From Eutreptiella sp. 'Long Island Sound 2002' (taxonomy: Eukaryota > Protista > Euglenida), in assembly GCA_964036045.1 (NCBI GenBank), contig OZ038378.1, positions 156,736,001 to 156,800,000 on the forward strand: a stretch of DNA of 64,000 nucleotides. Reading direction: 5' to 3'. The notes beneath the pieces are model-generated. The model was not told the DNA's origin and did not search any database. It saw only the letters and a list, made by a program, of their open reading frames with translations. Below, in pieces: positions 33,001 through 46,428 of the stretch (within the stretch, counting starts at the first letter, position 1; the number at the start of each line of letters is the position of its first letter). Both the position numbers and the translations under genes were made by a program.

Positions 33001-34732
33001 GTTTGGCCTGCTTCGGTGTCCATGTTTGTGTGCTTTCGTTTGTGCTAAAGTGGGGGATGGTCCCTAAAGATGGATTGGGCACTGCCGTGCACTCTTGTGG
33101 GGCGGACACACCCCATAGGGGATCCCCACCAGGGGGGGGGGGGGGGGCTCCCCTGGACCCCCTCCCCCCCCCCCTCAGCTCAAGTGCACCCGAAAACCTG
33201 GGTTTTGGGAACATTTTTTAGTCACGGGAAAAAAATTTCGGCGCCTTCGGCGCATGCCATACACTGTGTACATATTGCTCCACGTGTGCTCCATATACCT
33301 GGTTTTCCAAACTACCATGCCCCAACGCTCGTTGTCAGTGTATTTCAGCTCCCTACTCCAACCGTTGCCACGCGCAAAACGTGAAGGCGTAATTGACGCG
33401 CTGCTCTATTTTAGGTTAAAGATAGGAGCACCGGTCCTAAAAGACAAAAAGCCTACAATGAGGCACAAAAGGCATGTGCCACAGTTTTTTTAAGCATACC
33501 AATGACCACACTGTGCGAGTTTGTCGCTGTGGCACAAAAAATGGCCACACACGACCGGGTCAGGCGAGTCTAATTCTGACTGACAAGAAAGATCGATGTC
33601 ATTTGGCATGAGACGGTGAATGTCCCGCTTTGTTGCAGTTGTTGTGTATTGGTGAGATGTGGGAACCCTGAATTGACATTCAATGAAGAATTTCCTTTGT
33701 TTACGGCCGACAACATGACATTTCCATGTGCTGAGTTGTTCATTCTCCAATAATTTTTCTGTTCCCTGTGGATTGGGTATGTTCCGGCAGGGGGGGGGGG
33801 GGGGGCTCCCCCCTGGACCCCCTCCCCCCCTCCCCTGGACCCCCTCCCCCCCCCCCCCGCTCAAGCAAGTCCCTGGGGGGGGGGGACTCACGTCAGAGCC
33901 AGTCTGGAAGTGGTAAGTTTGGTGGTAAGACAAAAAGCAAGTCAAGAGGCGGCTGCAGAACTCTAGATTAACAGACATATACATCCATATAAATATGTCA
34001 CAACGAAAAATCTGCGTGGTTTTACATGTTTGGGCTGTGAGAGCATCGCGAAAACAGAATGTGGTGTGCCTTTGGCCTCTCACAGGCATGTTACGGCCAT
34101 GAAGGCATCGCAAAACACAGTTCGGTAGTAGTCGCCACCCCCTTAACTGCGCCTTGCCCAGGTGGGCTGGCTGGGTCTGCCTTGCCTGCGAGGGGCGGTG
34201 GGCCAGGATGGGCTCGGCGGCTTGGTCCTACTGTAGTGGGTGGCCGTGCAATGCAACATGTTGGGGCTGAAGTGCCTTACCAGGCATGTCTGCTGCAAAG
34301 AATAATAAAATGGGGCAGGGTTCGGAGTAGTTCTAATCTCGGGTTGCTCCCTGTGTGCCCTGCTCTTTGGTTCACGGTGCGCCTTGGGGTACAGAGAAAG
34401 TGAGAAACGTGTGAACTGGTCACATTTGATCACCCCCAGGCAGGTTGGGATCAGCAATACTCAAAAGGGTGAATTTTGTGTGTTGATGATGAGTCAATTT
34501 TACTGCTCTGCGCTTTGTTTGTACACTGCACAGCCATGGCCTCACTGCTGTACATTGTCACCAAAAGGTCCCAAATATTCTTTGAGCGCCAGGCGATTGA
34601 AAAGAATGGGATGCAAGTGAATGCTCTGTGGTCGTTGTCCTCAGACAATAAACGACGCTTCCGGCTCTGTTAAACCCTCATCATCAGCCTCCAAATGTAG
34701 CCTTGCCGTAACATGCATCCTGTTGCTATTAG

Positions 34733-35011
34733 GTCATCGACTGCGCGTTCACAGAAGCGAGCAGTGTCAAGAACGGGGTTGGATTGGTCAAGTTGATGGG
34801 GCGGGATTCAGGGTTTGTCGCAAGAAATGCCGCACTGTCGAACAACGTTGTGGATGCTTGCTTAATCCCAGAAATCCCATTTGAAGTCCACGGCGACGGT
34901 GGGTTCTTGGAATGGCTGTTGGCACATTTGGAGAGGTGTCAGCATGCTGTGGTGGTGATTTCGGAGGCTGCTGCGCAGGAGCACGTCCCTGTTACGGGAA
35001 AAGATTCCACG
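34733..35011 (+). CDS. PFK: PFK exon 4 (93 aa)
   Basis: VIDCAFTEASSVKNGVGLVKLMGRDSGFVA...CLIPE...VVVISE...GKDST. Acceptor ctattag|, donor acg|gtgctg. Confidence 0.92.
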
Positions 35012-35262
35012 GTGCTGCTTACCCTGCTGCCCTCACCACTACACATTTATGGAGGATTTTCTCTGCACAAAAGGCAGTGGAAACCGACCCCACATGTTCA
35101 ACCCAGTGCCTGTGTCTGCGTAAACAGTCCTGGTTTCCGGTTCACCTGCAGCAGGGATGGATATGATAGTGACGACATTACCAAGGTGGGGGTGGGGGGT
35201 GGGGTGCTGAGCCAGAACAGCGGGAACAGGGAACCAGAATGGAGCGGATGGTGGAGCGTGTG

Positions 35263-35318
35263 ACGGGTGACTGTCCAGGGCCCCGTAAAGGAGCAACAAC
35301 CCGACGGACTGTCACACA
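35263..35318 (+). repeat. Family R short copy (PFK intron 4)
   Basis: acgggtgactgtccagggccccgtaaaggagcaacaac...gtcacaca. The preceding 35205-35262 matches 58710-58770. Confidence 0.8.
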
Positions 35319-36510
35319 GGGCGGTGGGGTGCTGAGCCAGGCAGTGACGACGCAATGACGATGAGGATTGCTCTTTTTTTGCTTTACAGGTATGTCCATT
35401 CACAGATGAATGGATGAATCTGCAGCTGCGTCCTGTCCTGTGTTCCTTGTGGCAGAGGGGGTTAATAGTTCAGTGGTATATGCATGGAATTACAGGTTGA
35501 GAGCCCTTGGTTGCATTCCAGGGCGCCATTCTTTTGCCCATCAGCCCTCTCGTCAAACTGCTGCAAAACTGCTGGTCCAACCAGACGGATCCATTGTCAT
35601 TAGCACCGTCATCGCTATATCCATCCCTGACCTGCAGAGCGTTCTCAAATGGTACGCACATACCAGAATTTTGTGCAGAGCAGTAGGCAAAATAGCACCG
35701 TTCCTCCCCTTGCTTTGCAGTGTTCCTACACCGTTCAGCGATTGTTTTGCATCATTCCTGCCCTGTTCCTCCCAACCATTCCTCCCAACCGTTCCTCCCA
35801 ACCGTGGTACTGATCATAGACGTGTCTGGGGATGTACACATTTTTTCAAGATGTTTGGAACATAGTTTTTGAATTAGTCAAAGATTTTTTCAAGAAGTTT
35901 CGGACCCCCAAGATGTGGTAAAAGTGAGTATCAAAATATTTGACTTGGTTTTACCACAGACCTGGCAAAGTGCGTGACAACCATACAGAAGGGGTTTGCT
36001 AGGCTTTACAAAGGGTTTTTGGCATATCATGGTTGATGACCCGAATACTACAACAGCACATTGTGAACATTCTGAGCTTTGACCATCCAAGGCTGAAATT
36101 AGAGGTCGCCAATTCAAACCTCAGCCCCACGCACCTGAGATCGCGAAGACAATTTCACCACTTTTACACTCAAAACAGTTCCAAACTACATGAGCGCTGA
36201 AAATCGCAAACAGCCCACACAATCACCAAACGTTGAACCACTCAAAATCAAGATGCATCAATTATTCGAAAAAAAATCCCACACCCGAACCCCTGAACCC
36301 CACAAATAAAGCCCCCCCCCCCCCCACATTGGGGGGTCCGTAAGCAGCTTTGGAATAAATGTGAGGATTTGCTAGATTTGCTTGATGATGAGGGGTTTGT
36401 GGGGAGAGGGTGGGAGGAACAGAAAACCCCTGAAAATGCTGAGCTGTATGCAAAGCCAATCTTTCGCGTCCAACCCTGATTACATCCACCAAAACCCGCC
36501 TTTGCCTTAG

Positions 36511-36875
36511 GGTCACAATGTCTATGAAGACACTGGCAAATGGCTGAAGAAAACGATTGAGGCGCATTGGAAAGCCACTGAAACCGAGGGCAAGGTGTTC
36601 CTCATTGACCCGTCATATTTGATCCGCAGTGTGCCTGCCAATTCTGGCGACAACATGCTGTGCATTCAGCTGGCGCAGGCCGCCGTTCACACAGCCTTCT
36701 CTGGCTACTCTGGAGTGACTGTTGGCAAGTTCCATGACTTGTTCGGTATCATGCCCATCAATATGGTGGTGGCAGGCAGTCGGAAGGTGAATCCGAAGGG
36801 GAGCTTGTGGCAGACAGTCAAGTCGCGCTTGGCCTTCTATCCAGGGGAAAGGCATTTGTCAAAGAAGGGCACAAG
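36511..36875 (+). CDS. PFK: PFK exon 5 (3' boundary uncertain: donor at 36876, or read-through to the stop at 37026)
   Basis: GHNVYEDTGKWL...IDPSYLIRSVPAN...LAQAAVHTAFSGYSGVTVG...RKVNPKGSLWQ. Acceptor ccttag|. aag|gtgctg matches the GTGCT donors of introns 1 and 4. Confidence 0.88.
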
Positions 36876-38117
36876 GTGCTGTCCCAGAACACCAACTCCT
36901 CTCGCTAACATGCCCCTCATTCTCTGGCCTGCCTTTCTCCTTTCCAGACTGCCTCCTTCCATTGCCTGTGTCTCTGGATGCTCCATTGTGTTGTTCTGGT
37001 CCCCCCGGCCCTTCCTTGCCCCCTAAAAGCTGCTCATCCTGCAGTTTTGTTGCATGTCCAGCATAATGTAGCATGCCACCAGTTTGGTAACATCCACCAG
37101 CATCCACAAGCGCAGCGACCGGCCACATCAAGCATCGCAAGGTGCTACTGTGTGGCAGGTATGTGGGGGGGGGGGTCCTCTTGCTGCTGCTGATTTATCT
37201 TCCCCTCACCCCCTCCAGCAACCTTTGCAGGGGGGCTGAACAAGTATGCCGGTTGGTAGGGGGCGGGGGGTTGTGGCCTTGCGGCTTTTCGCCAGGGGAT
37301 GACATCTGTCCTCCGAACAGAAGAAGGGTGAGATTCCCTACCGCATTTTGCATGTTCTGCAGGGGCTGTAATCCCTCTTGTACAGACAGCTATGTTGTCA
37401 ATGGATCACAGTGTACAATGTGTTGCCCACCTAATGGCCTTACTGTGTGCTGCTGATGGTAACACATAGACAATGGCACCATCAAGACCAACAAAGACTA
37501 CATGCTAGCTTTTGTGGTCTATCACACTTCGGGGGAGGTGTGGAGTTACCCCGCGCCCTTGAGTGGCTTCGCATTGGTGGCATAACCAGTCTAGGGTGGT
37601 TCTGGGGACATGTGGAAGCTTGCTGGAGCCATTCGGGATGGCTCACAGTATGCGAAGCCATTCTCCAAATGATATCATTAAAAAAAAACATGAGAAGAAG
37701 GCCTGAACACCGAACATTGATTCAACATGAGACAACAGTAGACAGGGCTGCACGCAATGAACTGCAAGTGCTGTACCATGCCACCATTTCACCGTGCAAA
37801 TCCGCATGCCCATCCTCACAGTTTGCTAGGGTTGGCAACAAAACAGGTGCCACTATTTCTGGAACCGTTTGTGACCAATTTGTCCCCGACCTGACTGCTC
37901 AATGGAAGAAATGCTGGTGAGGCTCATGTTTTTAGGGGTTCTGCGACTGCACACCTGTCACAATTGTGCTCGCTGCATTTCACAATGCTGGGCTGAACTA
38001 TGCGCGTTTTTCAATCCATCACCTCATTCCCTTGCATGCTTGCTTGCCTGCCTCTTGTGAAATTGGGTGGTGTGTTTTCGTCGCCGCCAAATGGCAATAT
38101 GTCACTTGCCTGTGCAG

Positions 38118-38151
38118 GTTTGACTATAGCTTGCAGCTCGAGAAGGAATAG
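38118..38151 (+). CDS. PFK: Possible PFK terminal exon 6 (R-FDYSLQLEKE*)
   Basis: cctgtgcag|g ttt gac ... gaa tag is phase-compatible with a phase-2 donor at 36876. Would give ~487 aa in total. Inference only. Confidence 0.3.
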
Positions 38152-38973
38152 TGAAAGATTCGCCTGGCTGACTGTTTTAGTGGCACAGCATGCAGACTGA
38201 ATCTAAACCTCGACCATAGACAATGATGTACGTCATCAGAACAACACGCATGCATGTTCCTGCCTATTCTGTCCCCTGGGACCAGACACTGTTTATGGGA
38301 TAAGATTTAACCCAGCCCCGTGCCCATCTGTACCTCTGTTTATGTTTGCATTCAGGTATGGCTCCTGGGGTACAAAAGAGCAAGAAGATGAGGAGCATGA
38401 GGAAGAAGAGGAAGTCATCACAAGCAGTTCATAGTTGGTCGGTTGCTGATTTGCCTCTTTTTCAACCCATGCTACTTCCCCCCACTCTGGGGTAGTTGGC
38501 GTCCAAACCAGAGGAGTCGGCCCCCCTTGGTTGAGTCTCCTCAGAGCCCAAAGTTCAATATGTGCTTTGGCAGCTTTAACGGCACCAGGTTCACAGTACC
38601 TCCCAGTCCCATGCCATGGGCAGTCAAACATTGAAGCGGTGGTCCTTTGCTGCCGTTCTATCGACGTATTGGGGCATGACCCCAGACTCTATATCATTCT
38701 GAAACCATCTGCATGCAGGCATGTGTGCATGCACCTGCAATTAACTTTGAGCCTGTGCCACAAAAATCTGCCAATAGGTCACAGCACACGGGATATAACA
38801 GCATATCACACTGATATGCTACTCTCTCACACACTAACACCCTGATGATCTGTCTGGTCCCCAGAAACCAGGTGGTGCTCATTTCAGATCGCCCATCCTC
38901 AGAGGGGTTGAAGATTCTGCTTACATTTATTACATTTTAATGGCACACCACTTCAAAGTAAGCCCCTCGACGT

Positions 38974-38976
<3 letters not shown>

Positions 38977-39017
<41 letters not shown>

Positions 39018-39160
39018 TTGTCGTGCTGAGAAGGAGTAAAGGAGAGGGGCAGAACAAGATCGAGCATTGCTGCAGTGCGAACAGAGTTGTGGAGTGTGAT
39101 GTATGTTAGCGAACGCTGTGAATCTGGCAAATATTCTGGGTGGGGCTAGCACACACACAC

Positions 39161-39253
<93 letters not shown>
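38977..39253. repeat. (CA)n microsatellites at 38977-39016 and 39150-39253
   Basis: Read directly. Confidence 0.97.
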
Positions 39254-39254
<1 letters not shown>

Positions 39255-40433
39255 CCTCTGACATGAGGATATGCATGTGTGCCGCAGTATTGCAGTCTGC
39301 TGGCGTTTGTCTTTGTGGCCAGTGCTCTTTCATTTGTTTGCATCCGCACAGTGAACACCATTTTTGTGCAACGGGCACAAACACGTCAGCTCTGGTTCTG
39401 CTGTTTTCAAAGACTGTCCCATGTCTGTGAATGGGATTTGGTTTCAAATAGATTACATCTGCAATCCCATGGGTCCCGGTGGTTTGCTCTTGTAAAGGAG
39501 CGCGTTGAAGGTCGTATTTCGCTTTCGATTCGCAACTGTATTTTTCATGCATCATTGTTGTTACACGGTTGACTTTCCGGTACCCCATATCGCCATGAAT
39601 TGCATCAGTTGCATCTGTATTCTGCACACTGATGACAGATCCCAAATGGCAAAATGCAACAGATTGGATTCACAACAATTTGTTTTTTGTTCTTGCACAC
39701 CCATTTCCGTGCTGGCAGTCAACCAGCTGGGATTCAGGCATGTGGGCCACTACAATGCTCAAAAAAGCATGAATCGACTCTGTTTTGGTTCAATCTGGTG
39801 CTGTGGCTCGAGTGTATTGGGTGCTATGCCTTAGGCATGCATCTATATGGAAAGAGTGCCACGCGATAGCGGTATGGAATTGTTGCATGTTTGGATCCTG
39901 TTCTTCAGGGTCTGCATGTAATTATGACACTATTTCTGAAAGTTTCCAAGAAGCACAAGATCTCGCTTTCTGCATAATGCCTTTGTCTTCATTTGTCGAT
40001 TCTTGGCCTAATTGATGCATTCCAATGCTAAGAACCACAGGACACCAAGCGGTGTTGCTGAAATCAGGCGCACAAAGTTTCTGGAGGGAGAGCACTCCCT
40101 GTGGAACATGTGTGCAATGGGTTTTAGGGAAAGCATTTTAGAAAGTGTCTATGATCATTATTTGCTATGCTCTACGTGATGATGATGACAAGTGCTCACA
40201 AATTGTGAATGGACTGCCTCCCCATATCAACATGGATGTGTACCAGGTGCCGCTTGTGGGCCGCTTCAATGAAGTGACAGGAACTCATAGGTTAGCACGG
40301 AGGCAAAAGAATATGAAAAAAACATGAAGCGGTTAGGTTGGCGCAACCGGAGGAAGAAAGTGGGCACTGGGGACAATCAGCTTGGAGTATGCACACTGTG
40401 AATGGTAGGAGAGTATCCAAGGGGGGGGGGGGT

Positions 40434-41385
40434 CAGGGACTTGCTTTAATTTTCATTCTGGCACGGGGGCTCCCCCCTGGACCCCCTCCCCCCCTCCCCC
40501 CTCAGCTCAAGTGCACCTGAAAACCTAGGTTTTGGGAACTTTTTTAGTCATGGGGAAAAATTTTTCGGCGCATGCCATATACTGTGTACGTGTTGCTCCA
40601 CGTGTGCTCCATATAATTTGTTTTGCAGACCACCATGCCCCAACGCGCGTTGTCAGTGTATTTCAGCTCCCCCGGTCCAACCGTCGCCACGCGCAAAACG
40701 CGAAGCCGTAATTGATGTGCTGCTCTATTTTGCGTTTAAAGCTAGGACCACCAGTCGGAAAAGACAAGAAGCCTACAACGAGGCACAAAAGGCATGTGCC
40801 ACACTTTTTTTTGAGCGTACCAATGGCCACGCTGTGCGAGTTTGTCACTGTGGCACAAAAAATGGCCACACGCGACCGCGAAGTGCGTTGCCTGCCGCAT
40901 GAATTTCATGCGATGCAGGCAATTGTTTGCGCGCGACTGAATATGTTTATAATGGAGCAATTGTTAATAATTGCTGGTGATTGTGTCCCGCTTTGTTGTA
41001 GTTGTTGTGTATTGGTGAGATGTGGGAACCCTGAATTGACATTCAATGATGAATTTCTTTTGTTTACGGCTGACAACAAGAGACACCCCATGAGCCCATA
41101 AAGCTCTCTTCAGGCAAAGACAGAACAGCCCAAAAGCCCAACGCCCCTTTCAGCCCGAGCCTCCACTTTAAGCCCCCCATTAAGACCATACTTCGCTTCT
41201 AATCACACCATCCCACCATCCACATCAACCCCCCCCTAGGGACTTGCTTGAGCGGGGAGGGAAGGGGGTGTTAGCAGGGGGAGGGGGTCCATGGGGGGAG
41301 CCCCCCCCCCCATGCCGAAAGTTACCCAATCCACAGGGAACAGAAAAAATATTGGAGAATGAGCAACTCAGCACATGGAAATGTC
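40434..41385. mobile_element. MITE family M second copy (40434-~41078) plus an inverted right-end fragment (41238-41385)
   Basis: Colinear with 23064-23093 + 33148-33715. 41238-41385 is the reverse complement of ~33715-33875. Confidence 0.85.
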
Positions 41386-42989
41386 CTCATGGGTTGCCTC
41401 CAGGCAAGGCGCACTTCACTCACTAGACCCACCATGTGGCGGGTCAGGGGGGGCACACACGCTTTCGTAAGTGCGGGCATGTGTAGCCATGCAATGTGCA
41501 TGGTGGCACTGCATGCGTGGTGCTGGCAATCGCGCCCGGGCTGGGTCTGGCGTTGAGGTTATCGGGCCGGGAGGGTGTGTGCACACCCGAACCCCCCCCC
41601 CCCCCGCCACGACTTTCCGTGAGCCAGGAGAGTACTGATTGGCTGTTTACCCCCCAAAAGAATACTTCTGCCAAAGTCATTTCTCCTGCTTCTACCCAAA
41701 AACAAACAAACAATGGTGTTGATCAGTCTGCTAGTGAAGCGGACAGTCCTATTGTGGAACGTCCCCGCAGAAACATTTTACGCCTTCACTTCTCCCAAAG
41801 CTCAGAGGAAGCCAAGAAAGAAAATTCACCGCAGGTCGCCGCACGCCCACCGAAAGAAAAAACACCCGCCACATGCCAAGTCTCAGAATTACCATGTGTT
41901 TAGGGCGACTAGCACTCGCACCAGTTCACAGGAAAAGCCTCCACTTGATCCGTCTTTCGGGATGATGATTTCATTGTTGCTGCCGAATTTCTTGTTTCTC
42001 ATATGATTTGAACTCTCATTTTTGTCCGTCACACTTATGCACTTTCTGTACTTTGAACTTGATGTCATTTACCAATTCCTGTGATGACCAGGGACGCCTA
42101 GTCTGACTTCACTGAGTTGGTTTCATTCAGAGGTTCAACCAAGCATGGCATAGAGAATAAAGATGCACTTATGCCGTGTCGTGGAGTGCATTTTTTCAAT
42201 TTGTATTGTGGTACTGTCTGTCTGTCTGGCTGTACCTCCAATTTTCATTTCCATCCCAATCCTCACTCTTTAAGCAGGTCTCCCCAAAACCCCTCATGAG
42301 CCTCCCTAGCCCCAGGCTACCCCCCGGAGGGAACCTCAGCTACGAGCACTTCAACTAGGGTTCAGGACGGTGCTAGGGTGCCCGCTGGTATCCCAAAAAT
42401 TACTTGTGCTTGTCTGAAAAACTCAGAGGCGGTGTCCAAAACCAATGTTTCCGACCATGGTCTTTTTTTTGGGGGGGGGGGGCAGGTTCAGGCGGAGCAC
42501 AGCCCATGCGCCTTTTAGGCTTGGGGGGGGGGGGCAGAGGGACAAGTGGGTAGAAAAAATTCTAATGTCAAATACAGACGGAGGATGAGGCTCAAGTTGG
42601 GCTCTAAAAGCCATTTTTACCTACCATCTCTCTGTCTGTCGTTGCGGAGTGGTTTTGAAAGTTGGGCGTTTTCAGCGTTTTTTCTATTCAGGGTGGCATG
42701 GTGTAGCATGAGATACAAAATTAGAGGGCAATAAATTTTTTTCGAACGATTAAACATAAATTTCAGGATTTTGTATACCAACAACTACTTTTTCTCGCAC
42801 ATTCATGTAAAATTATTGGCTCTTGGTGTATCTACAATTTTTCACTTTGCTTATAGAGCTTGTATAGATACAAAGTCAATCAAGTAGAGCTGGCAAGCGA
42901 AGGCACTACTGCTGCTACACCTAGGCTGCTCACAAAAGCATTTGAGGCTAAAAACCAAACGGGACGGCGGGTACAGGGTATCTTGATGT

Positions 42990-43960
42990 CTGATACCATG
43001 ATCACACCCTAGGGGGCTGGTGGTGTCCGTGAAGAGGTGGTAGTGGAGATTCGGAAGGTGATGCTGGAGTCAGCGTTGTTGTTGAGATTGATTGTGCTGC
43101 AATTGTTGTTGATGGTGTTGTGGATTGAATGAATGCAATGAGTATTTAGCTGGTGAAAGCTGGAGGGTGTTGGGATGATTGGAGTCTGATGCAAAGGGGG
43201 TAGTCTGGACAGGGAGGGGGGGAGGGGAGGAGGGGTCAGGGTGTTAAGGCAGATTGGAGTTGTGGTGTTGCTGGGGTCTCGGTAAGCTGTCTCTGCAGAT
43301 GTTTTTGTATAAGTAACTGAGGGTTGATTGGTGGTGGGCGGGGCAGATGAGTTGAGGGAAAATTAGCTTTTTACTAGCCATTATTTGGTGGAACGATGAG
43401 GTTGGTTAGGTGAGGGTGAAGTCGTTGGGGCAGAATGTGGCGGAGTTCTATACTAGAAGATTTAGAGGGAATGTGGGTCTTTTAGTACCGCGTTTAGAGT
43501 GTGGTTGTTTATTATGTGGTTCTCTTGATGAAAGCGGAGGGAAACATAGTGGTTGGGGATTGATAGAGGATGTGCTATAGGTTAAGAGGGGTTCATTCCA
43601 AGAGTTAGAAACAAAAGTTGGGATTAAGTGTTGGAGGTCAGGGATGGGGTTGTCAATGAGCCATTGTTTGGTGTTTTTTAAGAAGAGCGAGAAATTTTTG
43701 TCGGTGTTTTAGAGCTTGTTAGAGCAGTTTTATATTGCTGTAGTATGTAGTGTTCGGTGGGGGAGTGCGAAACTGATTACCGAGTGTGTTGGGGATGAGA
43801 GTACAGAAGAAACTGCGACGGTCGCCTTTCGAGGCGGTGGACCGCCATGTTGTGACGGTAATGTGGAAACGCCCATTCCATGCGTTGAAGAATTTTTGAC
43901 GCATTTCTGGCTTGCCCATTCTTGTAATTACCAACTTTTGTTGATCCCAGCGCATTCACA
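42990..43960 (-). pseudogene. Degenerate coding-like tract, possibly a non-LTR retroelement ORF remnant
   Basis: Strong C/A strand skew on the - strand and protein-like stretches (TDKNFSLFLKNTKQWLIDNPIPDLQHLIP) with many stops. No diagnostic motif. Confidence 0.25.
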
Positions 43961-45805
43961 ATCCAGAGGTTTACTGCACCTGCTCTGCATAGGCATATAA
44001 CAGTTCAGGCACCAAACTTGCCTCGCTATTCTGGTATCACCATGTGCCATCGCCGCTGTTCCATCTGCCGTCCCTCCCAGCAGGTTGGCGCCTCCTGCCC
44101 AGCTCAGCGTCCGCTTGTAGATTTCCGGGAGCTAAATCGGACGTCAATCCAGTTCAGGCCATCCGCCTTCTCTTCAATTCGCCTACAAACCCCTCCTCGG
44201 GACTATAGGTCATTCAGGGCAACCCATTGCGGACACCCTAGTATTGTGAAGGCTGAAATTCGACGTGCCTCTGTCCACAAACCCAACAGTTGGTGTCCAA
44301 CCGTTCAGACACCGTCCTATGACCTTCCCCAAGTCCCTCCCTCACACACGCCTGTTGCCTACACACCCCTGCCCAACCCACAGGAGCCTCTCCCCGCGGT
44401 TTCAACCCTCACATTCGGAAAGCGCCCCCACGCCGTCCCTTGACTGGCATGCGCAAGATCATTTCAGCCGTGCACACGCCACGGGGTAGGCCCCCCCCCC
44501 CCAACCAAGACGGGACTTTAGCGCCCCCCCCCCCCCCCGCCCTCTCTCTCCGTTTGTTCACCAAATCGACTACCACATCCTGCCCTAGGCGCTCAGTGAA
44601 TTTTCAACCCCCTCCCCCTCAAAGCCCAGCAGCATAACAGGACACATCACGGGGAGCAGCAGCTTCATGAGCATCCTTTCCTCTCTGACCAGGGCCCCTA
44701 TGTCCATTTAACCTGGGTGTCCCTCCTAACCCCAACTAGCTCAGGCACCCCACACAGCTCCGCGGTGTACATACACCATGTAAATCCTGAACATTATGCT
44801 ACGCCCCCCCGTGGGCCAAAAAATTGACATTGTCCAAAAAAAAAAAAAAGCAGCACTATAGAAATAAAAATACGAAAAAATAAGCAGTGGTGTGAAGCAA
44901 GTACACGAAAAAAAAACCTGTTCGCCAAAAAAAAGACAAATCCTGATGCCTCCATGATGCAACAAATGACTTGCCAATGCCATGCACAATCCAACCAATG
45001 GTCCTCTTCATAGGCCTTACAGGCATGCACCAGTGCGGCTCATTCAAATCACCCACAAATGGTGATGGAAGAGGCCGCATCGGTGCAGTTTGAACAAAAT
45101 TTGTTGTGCTGCAGTGTACTGCTTGAGGTTGTCTTTGCTGTGCCTGTGTTTCTTATGCTCAATTGCTTTGCTTCGTTTTGCCAGAAAGAGAATTTCTGTG
45201 TGCCATTTCCGTTTCCAAAAAAGAGTAAATCGGGAATCTATGTTTCTGTCCCCCCCAAAGGGTACAAGAAATCCCCCCACTTTCCCCAATTTTTGAGTTT
45301 ATGTCCACACACCCAGTCAGCTGTGTGGTGCCTTGAGATACACACATTCTATGACCTCCCCCTCACATGGTGCACCGTCATTGGCTTGAAGCAACTCAAG
45401 TAGCACTTTCACTATAACGCGCCAATACGATGCAGCAAAAATTGTTTTTTGTTCAGTATATGTAGTTTATGTGATACTATGCTCCGTCTTGACAACAATT
45501 TTTGCTGGGCCACCAAGCAAGGTTTGCCCATGGCTTTGAGGGGGGTGGGGTGTATTTATGAATGGCGGCTGCAGATTGAACACCAGGGACAGACGGTTCC
45601 ACCGCATGGAAACTGGAGAATCTATTGAATCTTGTTGAAAACAACAACCAACAGGTAACCTTCCACAGCATACAAGGTGCTTGCTGGTGGAAAGATAAGT
45701 GTTGAACTCTTGAGTGAACTCAGGTTGCAATGAGTCCTGAGCACCATTTGCCCTTTGGACAGTTTAGGTTTTTTGGTGTTGCATTGTCAGCTAGCTTTCT
45801 TGGCC

Positions 45806-45807
<2 letters not shown>

Positions 45808-45857
<50 letters not shown>
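45808..45857. repeat. (GT)n microsatellite
   Basis: Read directly. Confidence 0.97.
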
Positions 45858-45861
<4 letters not shown>

Positions 45862-46428
45862 CGTGATTTGACAGTTCACTTTTGAAATCGCGCTATGTTT
45901 GCTTCTCTGTGTGCTGTCATGTGTTGCTGCTCATTTACTTGACGTTTGATGTCTAATCTAAGAGTCCAACAGCTTGACTGTGGACAGCAGAGCTCCTTTC
46001 AGCTTTCAGGATACAGCTTTGTGTGTTTGTGTGCTTAGACTGACACCATTTCAGTTTCAAAATCGCTCTCTGGTCCTGCCTGCTTGAATTCCACACACGC
46101 GTCGTTTGAGGTGCCATCCACAGACACCTATGAGGCAGATATGTAACTCGACCCCAAGTGTAAAAACCATGCCCTTTCCTTGTGGGTGCAGGGGAGGCGA
46201 AACGGCTGATGGCAGCAAGCAAATATCTTCAAAATTGGTTTGCTGGGGTGATGAGTCCAAGTTTGCTGTACAGCTTGGGGCTGAGGGGTGCCTGCCATCA
46301 AAGACAACAGAACGGAACCCAATATGGCCCTCTACGGATATCCCTACCTGCCCAATTGGAGGGGTTAAGCCTTACAACTCGAGTCGCGTTGTGAAAACGC
46401 ATCTGCTGGTTCGATCGGACTGTTGCAT

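Larger units (their letters stand above)
27416..33048. mobile_element. Tyrosine-recombinase (DIRS-class) retrotransposon, ~5.6 kb, degenerate
   Basis: Gag-like ORF with Cys/His knuckle, YR, RT and RNase H motifs. Left end A (27416-27506) and right end B (32996-33048) both recur, reverse-complemented and adjacent, at 30314-30460. Confidence 0.88.
23064..33875. mobile_element. MITE family M (12-bp TIR CAGGGACTTGCT), split by a ~10-kb nested insertion: left part 23064-23104, right part 33132-33875
   Basis: The uninterrupted copy at 40434 reads cagggacttgctttaattttcattctggcacgggggctcccccctggacc. The same two halves lie at 23064 and 33148. Right TIR agcaagtccctg at 33864-33875. Confidence 0.8.

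Noticed and set aside
33049-33214. RT ORF start outside the YR element
   Set aside because: This part of the track ORF lies beyond end B, in flank and MITE M sequence.
38930-39430. ORFs with (VC)n/(HT)n repeats
   Set aside because: Artefacts of (CA)n microsatellites.
39254-40330. LINE 3' end with (TG)n tail on the - strand
   Set aside because: Coding-like feel only; no diagnostic RT or endonuclease motif could be read.
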